This document shows positions 1 to 9,914 of a stretch of DNA of 64,000 bases, one piece after another (position 1 is the first letter of the stretch; each line of letters begins with the position of its first letter). The stretch covers positions 2,816,001-2,880,000 of the forward strand of contig OY843592.1 in the NCBI GenBank assembly GCA_963692865.2. The letters are read 5' to 3'. Under the pieces are notes generated by a model. It ran no database searches, had not been told where the DNA came from, and saw only the letters and a program-made list of their open reading frames with translations. The DNA is from a bacterium (GTDB taxonomy: Bacteria; UBA8248). Both the position numbers and the translations under genes were made by a program.

Positions 1-1
1 T

Positions 2-175
2 TTGGCCGAGGACTGTCCAGAAGCCGAGCGTCTGAGGAGCGTCGTCAGCCAAGGCGTCGCCGGAGAACCGCTGCGGAAAGGCGGAATCCTCGAAGCGCTG
101 CGCCGCTCGCCGCTCGTCGGCGCCGAAGCTGTCGCATCCCGTCCATTCGAGTCCGGCCGCAAGGTTGATCTGTGA
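2..175 (+). CDS. 3' part of putative antitoxin of a type II TA pair (truncated by window edge)
   Basis: Open frame from base 2 (LAEDCPEAERLRSVV...GGILEALRRSPLVGAE...GRKVDL*); its TGA overlaps the GTG start of the PIN gene (GTGA coupling). Confidence 0.6.
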   Translation: MAEDCPEAERLRSVVSQGVAGEPLRKGGILEALRRSPLVGAEAVASRPFESGRKVDL

Positions 176-606
176 GCCGATATCTCCTCGACACCAATAT
201 CATCAGCAGCGTCACGAAGCCCGCGCCGCCGGAGCCTCTGCTGGCCTGGATGGCCGGGCAGGCCGACGAAAACCTCTTCATTTCCGCGCTCACCATCGCC
301 GAGGTCCGCCGCGGCGTGCTGGAGAAGCCCGCCAGCCGCAAACGCGATCAACTCGAAGCGTGGTTCGCGGGCCCGGAGGGTCCATCGGCTCTTTTCGCCG
401 GCCGCGTGCTCCCCTTCGACGAGAAGGCCGCTCTCGTATGGGCGAGACTCATGGCGGAAGGCAAGGCGCATGGCCGCTCCCGCAGCGCGCTCGACACGAT
501 CATCGCGGCGGTCGCGGAAGCCAATGAATGTATCTTCGTGACCGACAACGAGAGGGACTTCATCGGCGTCGAGATGTTCAACCCGCTTCGAGACGCGGCG
601 CGATGA
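172..606 (+). CDS. vapC: PIN-domain (VapC family) toxin
   Basis: YLLDTNIIS N-terminus, TIAEVRRG, ALDTIIAAVA, FVTDNERDF acidic PIN motifs. Confidence 0.9.
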   Translation: MSRYLLDTNIISSVTKPAPPEPLLAWMAGQADENLFISALTIAEVRRGVLEKPASRKRDQLEAWFAGPEGPSALFAGRVLPFDEKAALVWARLMAEGKAHGRSRSALDTIIAAVAEANECIFVTDNERDFIGVEMFNPLRDAAR

Positions 607-657
607 AAAGCCCTGGTTTCGTGGTCCGGCGGACCTGAGAGGAAGACCAACCCGCAA

Positions 658-990
658 GGGGTTGTTGAAAAAGCCCTGATTTCGCGAATTGGCGAATGCA
701 AACAACCGAGGAGGGGGTGCGTAACGGACAGGCCCTTTAGCCCGTCCGAGGTCGCGACCTGTCCTTTCGAGGCGGTTCGGTTTTGATCGTCATTCCGGCG
801 AAAGCCGGAATCCATTGTTTTGCCTTTGCTTTTTTGTTTTCTGATTGATCCCCGCCAATGGCAAGGAGATGAAAAGCCAGGGTATTGCCATTCTGCTTGA
901 AAATGGATTCCGTCGAACCCTCCCTCCCCGGTCGGCCCCGACACCGGAATGACGGCGGTGGTCAATCCGAGCGAAGAGGGCTTTTTCAAC
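658..990. mobile_element. Composite MITE-like element: IS-like inverted ends enclosing a degenerate GTAG-type palindrome and a CGTC-type REP doublet
   Basis: GTTGAAAAAGCCCT (664-677) is the exact reverse complement of AGGGCTTTTTCAAC (977-990); REP arms at 788-814 and 904-954. Confidence 0.65.
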
Positions 991-1396
991 TTGCATTGGT
1001 CATAGACGAGGAACGCGTCGGTTCGCAATTTCTCTCTTGTAAAAATTCCTCCTTCTTCAGTCGGAATGCACCCCCTTCACCCCGGAGCAACCCCGAAGGG
1101 GGCCGCATCGAGGGGCCGCGGCGCATGAATTCGCATTTGCCCGCGTTTCCCCGCATTTGCCGTCATCGGATTTTTCGCGGAATGGGCGAGAATCCCGCGC
1201 GGGAAAGGAAGTGTTCTCATCGACGCGGAAAGGAGTGAACATGGAGCGGGCGTTTGGGTTCCGGGCGGCAGGGGCAATCCTTCACGCGATTGTTTTCCTG
1301 CTCGGGCCGGGCTTGATTCGCAAGGCTCGCGCGTATGCGGCGCCCGCCAAGGCGTGTTCCCTATCGAGTTCGATCTTCAGCGGGGTTTTGGAATTC

Positions 1397-1461
1397 CTGA
1401 AAAATTCGACAAATATCGACAAATTAAAGGGGTTTTTCGATAAATTCCGACAAATTTATCT
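1397..1461. repeat. AT-rich phased direct-repeat element, copy 1
   Basis: YCGAYAAAT at 1406, 1416, 1437, 1447; aligns with 31936-31999. Confidence 0.6.
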
Positions 1462-1698
1462 CAACGAGAAAAAAGTAATATTACGTTATATTTCAATTAT
1501 CTATGAGATGTTCCTCAAGTATTTCAAAAACATTTTATCGAGATTTGCCGACATAAAAAGTTTTTCGGATCCACGCATTTCCCCGCATTCGGGCGCAGGG
1601 CTCTTTCACGACGAAGGCGCATCCGGCGCCGGAAATTCCGGGCGGAACTGGCCCGGCGAGAGCCGCGCGGGCGGGGCCTCGAAAGGCGAAAGAAACGG

Positions 1699-2163
1699 CT
1701 ATTCCGCGCCCTTCTCCCTGCGCTCGACCATGATGGTGACGTCGCCCTCGTGGATGCGCTCGCCGCGCTGGTTCAGGAGTTTGAGAGCCAGCGTCACCAG
1801 CCCCTGGCCCTTGCTGGAGACGCGCGTGGTCTTCACGACGACCTCGCCCGAAATCGTATCGCCGAAGCGGATCGGGCCGCGAAAACGCCACTCCAGCCCC
1901 AGAAACGCCTCGACCGTCCCCTCGATGATCCCGAGCCTGGTCACCAGACCCATGAGAAAGGAAAGCCCAAGCAGCCCGTGGCCCACCCGCTCCCCGAAGG
2001 GGGTTTCGGCCGCCGCCTCCGCATCGGTGTGCAGGTAGGTGTAATCGCCCGTCAAGGCGGAAAAGGCGTTTACGTCGGACTCGCCTATCGTGCGCGCGGC
2101 CGTCTTCCACGACCTGCCCACCTCGAATTCCTCGTAAAACAAACCCGTAGCCTCGTATTCCAC
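1699..2163 (-). CDS. MaoC-family (hot-dog fold) dehydratase
   Basis: FSALTGDYTYLHTD and ERVGHG hydratase motif; GTG start at 2163 after GAGGAG. Confidence 0.85.
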   Translation of the reverse strand: MEYEATGLFYEEFEVGRSWKTAARTIGESDVNAFSALTGDYTYLHTDAEAAAETPFGERVGHGLLGLSFLMGLVTRLGIIEGTVEAFLGLEWRFRGPIRFGDTISGEVVVKTTRVSSKGQGLVTLALKLLNQRGERIHEGDVTIMVERREKGAE

Positions 2164-2173
2164 GACACACTCC

Positions 2174-3013
2174 TCAGCGCAAAAGGAAACGGAAGGTGAT
2201 TTCACCCCATTGCTCCCCCGCCTCGGCGCCCGGGGGAAGCGGACTGAAGCGCCAGCGCTTCAGGTTGTTCGAAGCCAGGCCTTCGAGATAGGCGCTCGCC
2301 TTTTTAATCGGTATGACGCGGCCGACCGTGCCGTCGGGCAACACCCAGAACCTGAGCACGATCTCCGTCGTGTTTTCGAGCCTCTCGAGTTTCGGGGGTT
2401 TCGGCTGAAACAGGATTCTCCGCCTCGCCGCGGGCCCCGCGATGGCGGGTCGTTTCCTGTTCCCGGACGGGCGGGAAAAATTCAGGCGCGATAATTGCTC
2501 CAACATTTCGCGGTTCGCTTCGGAACCCGGTAACGCCACTTTCCCTCTGCGCTTCAGGCCCCTCGATTCTCCCGCCTTTCCCCCAATCGGCAAAACGATT
2601 TCCTCCGGCGCCCCGCCGGCTTCGGAAATCTTCATCGGGGCCATCTCCCCGGGCGCGAGCACCGGCTCCGGCATTTCCAACGCGGGGGCGTCGGGCAGCG
2701 GCTTGCTCTCGGGCAACGCCCCCGGCTCGGGCGCTTCGAGCTTCGTTTTCACGGCGAGATCCAAGTCCCGCTCCGCCGGGGCTTCTTTTTGAAGCACACG
2801 GCTCAAATCCAATGGTTCCGGCAGGGGAATTTCGGGCAGCGGCTTCGGCATCAGCGCCTCGGGTATGGGAACCTCGCGGCGCACGAGATCGACCTCCATT
2901 CTGTCGGATTGTCCGGCGAATATCGTCGGCAGTTTGACGGCGGGGGCAAGCAGGAGCAATCCCATGTGAAGGGCGATGGAAACCAGAATCGTCAGGATGA
3001 GCGAAAAACTCAT
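2174..3013 (-). CDS. tonB: TonB-family energy transducer
   Basis: N-terminal TM with SIALH (SxxxH), Pro-rich linker, C-terminal FWVLPDGTV...LKRWRFSP TonB_C domain. Confidence 0.85.
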   Translation of the reverse strand: MSFSLILTILVSIALHMGLLLLAPAVKLPTIFAGQSDRMEVDLVRREVPIPEALMPKPLPEIPLPEPLDLSRVLQKEAPAERDLDLAVKTKLEAPEPGALPESKPLPDAPALEMPEPVLAPGEMAPMKISEAGGAPEEIVLPIGGKAGESRGLKRRGKVALPGSEANREMLEQLSRLNFSRPSGNRKRPAIAGPAARRRILFQPKPPKLERLENTTEIVLRFWVLPDGTVGRVIPIKKASAYLEGLASNNLKRWRFSPLPPGAEAGEQWGEITFRFLLR

Positions 3014-3038
3014 GGTATTCGGGTCGGCCTCCTTCGAG

Positions 3039-3464
3039 CTATTTCGCCGTCTTTTGCTGCACCCGTTTCGTCGGCGCCGTCGCAATCGACATGCGCAGGG
3101 CGCCCGCCTGTTTGGCGATATCCATCACCTGCACCACCAGACCGTGCGGCACGCCCTTGTCCGCCCGAATGATCATCATGCCCTCCGGCTGCACCTTCAA
3201 CTCTTCTATCAACCGGCCCCAGAGCGATTTCAGGGGTACCTGATCGTTGTTCAGGAACACCCTTTCATCACGCGCGATGATGAGGATCAAATCCTTGCGC
3301 ACGGGGTGTTCCTGCGTGACGGTGCGCGGCAACTCCACCTTGACGCCCGGCTGGAGCACGAATGAAGAACTCAGGACAAAGAACAGGAGCAGCAGGAAAA
3401 TGATGTCGATCATGGCCGTCATGCCGGGTTCGGCCCGTACGCGCCTGAGGTCTCGAAATTTCAT
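3039..3464 (-). CDS. exbD: ExbD/TolR biopolymer transport protein
   Basis: MTAMIDIIFLLLLFF TM with conserved Asp; IRADKGVPHG. Confidence 0.9.
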   Translation of the reverse strand: MKFRDLRRVRAEPGMTAMIDIIFLLLLFFVLSSSFVLQPGVKVELPRTVTQEHPVRKDLILIIARDERVFLNNDQVPLKSLWGRLIEELKVQPEGMMIIRADKGVPHGLVVQVMDIAKQAGALRMSIATAPTKRVQQKTAK

Positions 3465-3471
3465 CGCTCAC

Positions 3472-4071
3472 TCACCTCTTCAGCGTCTCGACGACCCGGT
3501 AGGAGTGCTTTTCGATTGCCAGGATGAGGCGGTCCGCCTTGTTGGTGAAATAGTTGTAGAAAATGAGCGTGGGTATGGCGATGACGAGTCCGGTCGCCGT
3601 CGTGATAAGGGCCTCGCTGATGCCGCCGGCGAGTTGGCTGGGATGAGCGATTCCCTTCTCGCTGATGATGGCGAAGGTGCGAATCATGCCGAACACCGTG
3701 CCGGTCAGACCCAGCAGCGGCGCAATGGCGGCAATCGTCCCGAGAGCGCCCAGATTCCGGTCGAGCGTGGTGACCTCCTGTCTGCCCGCGTCCTCCACGA
3801 CGGAGCGGAGTTCTTCCCGTTCTCTGTCGTGATTCGCTATCGTAACGAGCAGTATCCTGCCCATGACCGAAGGATAGCGCCGGCAAAGCGTCATGGCGTC
3901 GGACACCTGGTTCTCCGCAACCAGATCCCTGACCTGCTGCAGAATGTCGAGCTGAATGATTTTCCTGGTGCGCAGATTCAAGGTTCGCTCCAGGATGATG
4001 GCCACAGCCAAAATGGAGCAAACACCCAACGGAATCATCAACACCCCGCCTCTGGCCAGAAATTCGAACAT
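3472..4071 (-). CDS. exbB: ExbB/MotA/TolQ proton channel protein
   Basis: APLLGLTGTVFGMI and GISEALITTATGL motifs. Confidence 0.9.
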   Translation of the reverse strand: MFEFLARGGVLMIPLGVCSILAVAIILERTLNLRTRKIIQLDILQQVRDLVAENQVSDAMTLCRRYPSVMGRILLVTIANHDREREELRSVVEDAGRQEVTTLDRNLGALGTIAAIAPLLGLTGTVFGMIRTFAIISEKGIAHPSQLAGGISEALITTATGLVIAIPTLIFYNYFTNKADRLILAIEKHSYRVVETLKR

Positions 4072-4108
4072 CAATACGCACCTTTGAATGAATGGGAGTC
4101 TTGGATTT

Positions 4109-7100
4109 TCACCGCCGCGCACGCTTCTCGGTTTGTTTCGTAATTCGCCTGATGGCGATTCGGGCTTTTCGCTTCATTGCGGGATCGTCCACGACCTTTC
4201 TCATCTTCCGGAAAATTCGGAGGGCGAGCGCGCGTTTGCCCGCTTTTTCATACAGTTCACCGGCGCGTCCCAATGCCCGCGCGACCCATATTTTCTGATC
4301 CGGGTATCGATAGGTCAACTTCAAGAACTCAGCCGCTGCGCCCGGACCTCTGCGCTCGGAGTACATCCGCGCGTGCGCGTAGAACGCCTCCGCCGCCAGC
4401 TCCGGCGCTCCAAACCCGACCACGACGCCCAGCGCGCGCTGCGCATCCGCATATTTTCTTCGCTTCCTGTACAATTCGGCCGCCAGGAGCGCGGATTGAC
4501 TTCGCAAGTCTGCGCCTGCGAGTTCATTGTTCACGACCATCACAAGGTGAGAGAGCGCCGCATCATTCTCGGCCAGCCGAACCAGACAGCGCCCCAAGGT
4601 GTACCGAGCCAGCATTTCATAGTCATGGGCCGGGTACGTCTCCAAAAACTCCGTAAGCCTCTGCTTCGCCTCCGCGCACCGCCCGATGCCGGCCAGCGTT
4701 TCCCCGACGCCGAAAAGCCCGTCGGCGCGGAAACCGCCCGCCGGATACCGGGTCAACAAGGTCTCATATGAATCGAGGGCTTTGTCGATATCTTTTTTGC
4801 GTCGATGGATGCCCGCCACCCTTAAGAGGGCATGAGCGGCCAACTCGTTGCCCGGGTATCGCGTGATGACGTCCTTGTACGCCCTCAGGGCTTCTGCCGT
4901 GTCCCTCTGCGTGAGCAGAACCTCGCCGATCTGAAAAGCCAGGGAAATGCTCAGGTTGCTCTCCGGGTAACGGTCCATATACTCACGCGCGCCCGACAAG
5001 AATTTCCCATACTCCCCGAGTTGGAGGTGACTCAGCAAACGGCCATAGACGGCTTCCGAGAATTTCATGTGAGAGGGATACCGATTCATCATGAGACGGT
5101 ACAAGCGGTTCGCTTCTCTGTAGCGCCCCTCGTTGTACGACGAGTCGGCGAGGCTCAAATATCCATCGCCCGCCAGGGGGGAATCCCTGTATGATTCGAG
5201 AAAATGGAGGAGTTTCTCCCGCGCCAGGGAGTAATCGCCCTTTCTGAAAGGCATGAGCGCGAGAATATACCTCACCCCGGCCACCTTCTCGCTCTTGGGG
5301 TAGCGCTTCAAATAGGCATGAAAGTTCTTCTCCGCCGCATCGAAGCGACTGCGCCGGAACAGCAGCCTCGCCTTCTGGTACAATGCTTCTTTGGCGACGT
5401 CGCTTCCCCTGTACTTCTCCTCTACCCTTTCGAAAGACCGCAAGGCGCCGTCGTAATTTCTGAGGTTGAAGCGGGCTTCACCCGCGCGGGCGAGGGCTTC
5501 CGCCGCCAAGGCGCCGCCCGGTCTGGACTCGAAAACGCGATCGAAGGCGAGCGCCGCTTCTTTCCAGTTCTTCCTCCGGTATTGAATCCACGCAAGCCCT
5601 CCCAGGGCGCGGTAAAACTCGGGCGCATTCTCGGGAACCGCCCGGAAGGCGCGAGCGGCCTCATCGAGATCCCCCAATTCGAAGGCCGCCTCTCCATACC
5701 ACAATATCGCCAGACCATCCGGGGAAATCGTGGACCCCTTATCCGGCAAGAAAGCCCAATGCTTGAGTACGTTCAAAGCGCCCTTGAAATCCCTGAGCCG
5801 AAATGCGGCGAAAGCCGTACCCATCGCCGCGGAGCGGGCGGCGTCCTGCTCCGCCAGCCGGTGAACGGAAACCGGCGGGTAGTCGGCGCCCAAACGCAGG
5901 ATCCCGTAGGCGCGCTTCACTTTGCCCAGATGGTAGAGAGAGAGGCCTTCCACGATCCTGGCCGTGCGATAGATTCTGCCGAGCGGAAACTCGTCGCTCA
6001 CCTTTCCCGCCAGGGTTGATGCTTCTCCATACACCCCGATTCGGAACAATTTCCAGGCCAATTGCAGGCGCAAGGCGCCGGCCAGCATTTTTCGGCGATT
6101 GGCGCGGGAGAATCCCAAAAGGCGGGTTTTTAACGTTTTCAACCCTTTCCGGGATTTTCGGATCGACTCGATTTCAGCGGAGAGCAAACCCGCCTGTACG
6201 AAAGCCCCGAGGAGATGTTTCGGATGATTGCGCATGAACAGGGAAAATGCGCGCTTTGCATCCTCGACCCGGCCCAGGAACAATCGCGTCCATCCGGCGC
6301 CGTAAAGCGCTTCTCCCCGAAGCGCCTCATCGGGCTCGCCTCTTCCGGAACCGAGCGACTCGGCCGCCGCATAGCGCTCTTCCGCCCGGGCATAATCTCT
6401 TCTTTGCAGATAGGAATGTCCAAGCGCCACGAGAGCCTGAAGCGCCAGCCGTCCCTTTAGGCTCGCAAGCAACGTCCACGTCTTGAGCGCTTCATCGACG
6501 GAACCCGCCTTGGCTTGCGCCCGGCCTTTCAGGAAAATCGCCTCCTCATAGGCAAATCCGCCTTTCTCCCACGACCCTCCCTCCAGGAGACCGAGGCATC
6601 CCTCATAATCACGCGCCTCGCAACGCTCTTGCGCCAGGGCGTACCTTGCGGCCGCCACGTAGCGAAGACCGCCGGTCAACAGCAATTTCAACAAATTCTC
6701 TCTTCTTTCCCTGGCTTCCTGGACCCTTCTCAAAGTCAGAAGCGTCTCTCCCGCCCAGAAAAGAGAAGCCGCGCGCCAGTAATGAACCTTTGTTTTTTTC
6801 GCCAATGCCTCAAAAAGAGCGAGCGCCTCCACGGGCGAGCCTTTTTGCAAATACGCAAGCGCCGTGTTGAATTGTTCGCTCTCATCGACAAAGTCGTCCG
6901 ACGAACTTCCGAAGAATTGCGTCAGGTCAAGGTCCGGTTTCTTCTCGGGCGGCATCGGGCGAGAGGGCAGACGAACGGGCGGTATCTGAGGCTCCACAAA
7001 AACGGCGGGAAGACGAACACCCAATCGACCGGGAGGAACGGGACGCACGCGCGCGGCGATGAGATGCTCGATGCTGGGCGACTCCACCACGACTTCGGGC

Positions 7101-7243
7101 AAGGAAACCGATAACTGCTTTCCGCCGGCGGCGCCTTCACTCTGCGCCCGCGCGGTATGCGCCGCCCCCAGACAGACACAGCACACGACCGCCAGGCCGG
7201 GCAGGAGACTGCGCCGCAAATGACAAAACGGGAATCGCATCAT
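4109..7243 (-). CDS. Large exported tetratricopeptide-repeat protein (about 1040 aa)
   Basis: Signal peptide (ARA-Q), Pro-rich segment, then many TPR units with YP/FP turns of the CpoB/BamD type. Confidence 0.85.
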   Translation of the reverse strand: MMRFPFCHLRRSLLPGLAVVCCVCLGAAHTARAQSEGAAGGKQLSVSLPEVVVESPSIEHLIAARVRPVPPGRLGVRLPAVFVEPQIPPVRLPSRPMPPEKKPDLDLTQFFGSSSDDFVDESEQFNTALAYLQKGSPVEALALFEALAKKTKVHYWRAASLFWAGETLLTLRRVQEARERRENLLKLLLTGGLRYVAAARYALAQERCEARDYEGCLGLLEGGSWEKGGFAYEEAIFLKGRAQAKAGSVDEALKTWTLLASLKGRLALQALVALGHSYLQRRDYARAEERYAAAESLGSGRGEPDEALRGEALYGAGWTRLFLGRVEDAKRAFSLFMRNHPKHLLGAFVQAGLLSAEIESIRKSRKGLKTLKTRLLGFSRANRRKMLAGALRLQLAWKLFRIGVYGEASTLAGKVSDEFPLGRIYRTARIVEGLSLYHLGKVKRAYGILRLGADYPPVSVHRLAEQDAARSAAMGTAFAAFRLRDFKGALNVLKHWAFLPDKGSTISPDGLAILWYGEAAFELGDLDEAARAFRAVPENAPEFYRALGGLAWIQYRRKNWKEAALAFDRVFESRPGGALAAEALARAGEARFNLRNYDGALRSFERVEEKYRGSDVAKEALYQKARLLFRRSRFDAAEKNFHAYLKRYPKSEKVAGVRYILALMPFRKGDYSLAREKLLHFLESYRDSPLAGDGYLSLADSSYNEGRYREANRLYRLMMNRYPSHMKFSEAVYGRLLSHLQLGEYGKFLSGAREYMDRYPESNLSISLAFQIGEVLLTQRDTAEALRAYKDVITRYPGNELAAHALLRVAGIHRRKKDIDKALDSYETLLTRYPAGGFRADGLFGVGETLAGIGRCAEAKQRLTEFLETYPAHDYEMLARYTLGRCLVRLAENDAALSHLVMVVNNELAGADLRSQSALLAAELYRKRRKYADAQRALGVVVGFGAPELAAEAFYAHARMYSERRGPGAAAEFLKLTYRYPDQKIWVARALGRAGELYEKAGKRALALRIFRKMRKVVDDPAMKRKARIAIRRITKQTEKRARR

Positions 7244-7250
7244 GCTTCCC

Positions 7251-9914
7251 TCACCTGAGCAGCGGCTTTTGGTTTTTCATTTTCCACTCACGCTCCTTGA
7301 CCGAAGCCAAATAGGACTCAAGCCGGCGAACCCTCAGTCTCGCTTTCTTGATTTCCTCTCCCATCCGCACCGAAGCATGTCCGTTTTCGAGCGCCGCGAT
7401 GCTCCGGTAATGGCGGATGGCCTCGTTCCACTCTCTACGTGATTCACGTATGGCCGCGGCGCGCCAGGCCGCCGAGCGCACCCACTCCTGATGACCTTCG
7501 CCCGAGCGCGTCAACGACTCGAACAGGTCGAGCGCCTTGCCCCTTTCGCCCTCTTCCTCGAAGCGAACGGCGATTTGAAAGCGCGCGGGACCGGAAATGC
7601 TCGGGTCGTTCGATTTTGCGGCGATTCGAAAAGCCGCAGACGCCGCTTCGGGTCTTTTCCTCCGAAGTTCAATCGCCCCAAGACGCAAGGCCACCATACC
7701 CGCTTTGTCGTTTTGGGGAAATCTGGCGAGAAAATCCGTGTAGGCTTGAGCGGCCTTGTCGCTATCCCCCATGTTCTCGAAGGCTTCCCCCAGCCGCAGA
7801 GCCGCCCCGGCGTCATGAGGGGCAAGGGCCATGATTCGGCGCAGCGACCCGGCGAATTCCTTCAAACTCTTCTCTTTCAGAAAACAAGACGCCCGATGCC
7901 GGTGCAATGCCAGTTTCTCCGGCTTCGGCATCTCATATTGCAGCGCCCGTGCGGACGCCTTCACGGCGCGAGCGCAGTCTTTTCGCTCGAACAACACGAG
8001 CGCCCACAGCCGGAGCCCCTCGCCGGGCTCGGGCGGGGCGAGCGCGTCCCAGGAGGTGAAGGCCGCATCCGCGCCCTTCCAGTCCCGCGCGCCGACGGCG
8101 TTGCGCGCCAGGAAATACCAGATCGAGCGCCTCCTCGAGGCGCTCACCGCCGCATCGCCCGCAAGCGGAAGGAGAAACGTCCGCGCATTTTGCAAATCGC
8201 CCCGCGCGCGGTACAGGCTGCCGATTTTGAGGCGCGCCTCGCGCTTGAGTTCCTCGGGAAGATGCGGCAGCACGGCCCGGAAACGCCTCAAGGCCTCTTT
8301 TTCGTCGCCGCGCTTCTCCGCCAACTCGCCCAGACGATACCGCGCCCGGACGGCCAGTCCGGGGCGTCTTGAGCCTGAGGCGACTCGACGATAATGCGCG
8401 CCCGCCGCATCGAATCTTGCGGCCTTCCACGCGCACTCGGCCCTCAGGAAGGCCACCTCCGGGCGCAGGGACCGGGGGACATGCACTTCGGGAACCGCCT
8501 CCACCAGGGCGACGGACCGGGCGCAATCCTTTTGCGCGTTGTGGATGAACGCCGCCCGCAGAACGCCCCGGTATACGGAGCGGACCATCTTGGGATCCGG
8601 CTTTTTCTCCGATCGCTTGAGTCCGTTGAACGACGCCAATATCTGCCGGTAGCGCCGGAGAAGTTCCCGCGTATCCGGATTCGGCTCTTTTTCGAGCGCG
8701 TCGGCGAGGCGCAGGCCGGACATGACAGCCTCGCGCGTATCCGGGCCGCGCCGGATGAGTTCGCCGTATTGGCTCAGCGCCTCTTTCTTCAAGCCCGCGC
8801 CGAGCAGGCAGTCCGCCATCCGGAACCGGGACGCGGAAGGGATCGGCGCGCCCTTGCCGAGGGCGTCGAGCGCAGAGACGAGATATTTCCTGCCCCCTTC
8901 CGCGCAAAGCCCCGCTTTTTCCACGCTTTGCAGGAAAAACAGGAGATAGGCGCCGTCCTTGGGCGGGTTGCGAATCAACCTCTGATAGGCCGGTGCGGCC
9001 TTTGCGTATTCACCGGCGCGCCACCAAGAGGACGCCAGGCCACGCTCCGCCGCCGCGCGCTGCGGTTCCGAAAGTTTCATGCCCAGAACGGCTTCGAACG
9101 CCGCTCCCGCCTTCTTGTATTTCTTTTGCGCGAAAAAGCTCGCAGCCTGGCCAAGCCTCAAATCCGCCCGGTTCTTCTCCCCGGAATTCCCCTGAAACAA
9201 GGAGTCGAACGTCTTCTCCGCCGAACCGAACTTCTTGAGTTCGAGTTGTATCTTCGCCAGCCGCAGCCTGAAGGCATGCGCCCTCGGATTGCGCGGGAAA
9301 CGGCGCACGACCAGGCTGTACGCCTGCTCGGCCTCCCCGATCAGCGGAATGCGGTCCAGGGCGATGGCCCGCTCGAACAGGGCGTCTTCCACGCGGGGGT
9401 CCCTGGGCGCGGCCTCGATGAATTCATCGAGCGCAGCGACCGCGCCGCGCCACTCGCGGGCCGCCAGCCTGAGCGCGGCGACCCGGTAGAGCGCCTCTAT
9501 CCGGTAGCGCCCCGACTTTACGGACCCGTAGGCGCGTATCGCCTCTTTCCTGTCCCCGAGCCTCTCTGCGAGCACGCCTGCCCGAAACCGAACCTCGCCG
9601 GCTCTTGCGTGGCGGGGATGGTTTTTCACGAACGCCCGATAGGCCTCGACCGCCTCTTTGAGCCGCTCGTCGCGGCGCAGCGCCTCTGCGAGGAGATAGC
9701 GCACTATCCAGGCCTCTTTTCCATTCCCCGCAGCTTTGAGATAGGCCCTGAAGGCGTCAATCGCAGGCTCATAGAACCCGTCGCGGTAGGTGTTGAGGCC
9801 GAATTCGAGGTGGGACTGCGGCGTTTCCCTGAACTGCGCGCGAACTGCGGATATCGGCGCGAGCGCGGCCCCCGCGAGAACCAGCGCCGCGATGGTGAGG
9901 AAGCTACGCCTCAT
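7251..9914 (-). CDS. Large exported tetratricopeptide-repeat protein (887 aa)
   Basis: Signal peptide (VRA-Q), tandem TPR helices; start overlaps the panC end. Confidence 0.85.
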   Translation of the reverse strand: MRRSFLTIAALVLAGAALAPISAVRAQFRETPQSHLEFGLNTYRDGFYEPAIDAFRAYLKAAGNGKEAWIVRYLLAEALRRDERLKEAVEAYRAFVKNHPRHARAGEVRFRAGVLAERLGDRKEAIRAYGSVKSGRYRIEALYRVAALRLAAREWRGAVAALDEFIEAAPRDPRVEDALFERAIALDRIPLIGEAEQAYSLVVRRFPRNPRAHAFRLRLAKIQLELKKFGSAEKTFDSLFQGNSGEKNRADLRLGQAASFFAQKKYKKAGAAFEAVLGMKLSEPQRAAAERGLASSWWRAGEYAKAAPAYQRLIRNPPKDGAYLLFFLQSVEKAGLCAEGGRKYLVSALDALGKGAPIPSASRFRMADCLLGAGLKKEALSQYGELIRRGPDTREAVMSGLRLADALEKEPNPDTRELLRRYRQILASFNGLKRSEKKPDPKMVRSVYRGVLRAAFIHNAQKDCARSVALVEAVPEVHVPRSLRPEVAFLRAECAWKAARFDAAGAHYRRVASGSRRPGLAVRARYRLGELAEKRGDEKEALRRFRAVLPHLPEELKREARLKIGSLYRARGDLQNARTFLLPLAGDAAVSASRRRSIWYFLARNAVGARDWKGADAAFTSWDALAPPEPGEGLRLWALVLFERKDCARAVKASARALQYEMPKPEKLALHRHRASCFLKEKSLKEFAGSLRRIMALAPHDAGAALRLGEAFENMGDSDKAAQAYTDFLARFPQNDKAGMVALRLGAIELRRKRPEAASAAFRIAAKSNDPSISGPARFQIAVRFEEEGERGKALDLFESLTRSGEGHQEWVRSAAWRAAAIRESRREWNEAIRHYRSIAALENGHASVRMGEEIKKARLRVRRLESYLASVKEREWKMKNQKPLLR

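Noticed and set aside
1241-2038. ORF with a strong AAGGAG RBS running through the AT-rich patch
   Set aside because: Last 340 nt are antisense to maoC, composition is atypical, and the AT-rich core is better explained as a non-coding repeat with a second copy at 31936; not fully excluded
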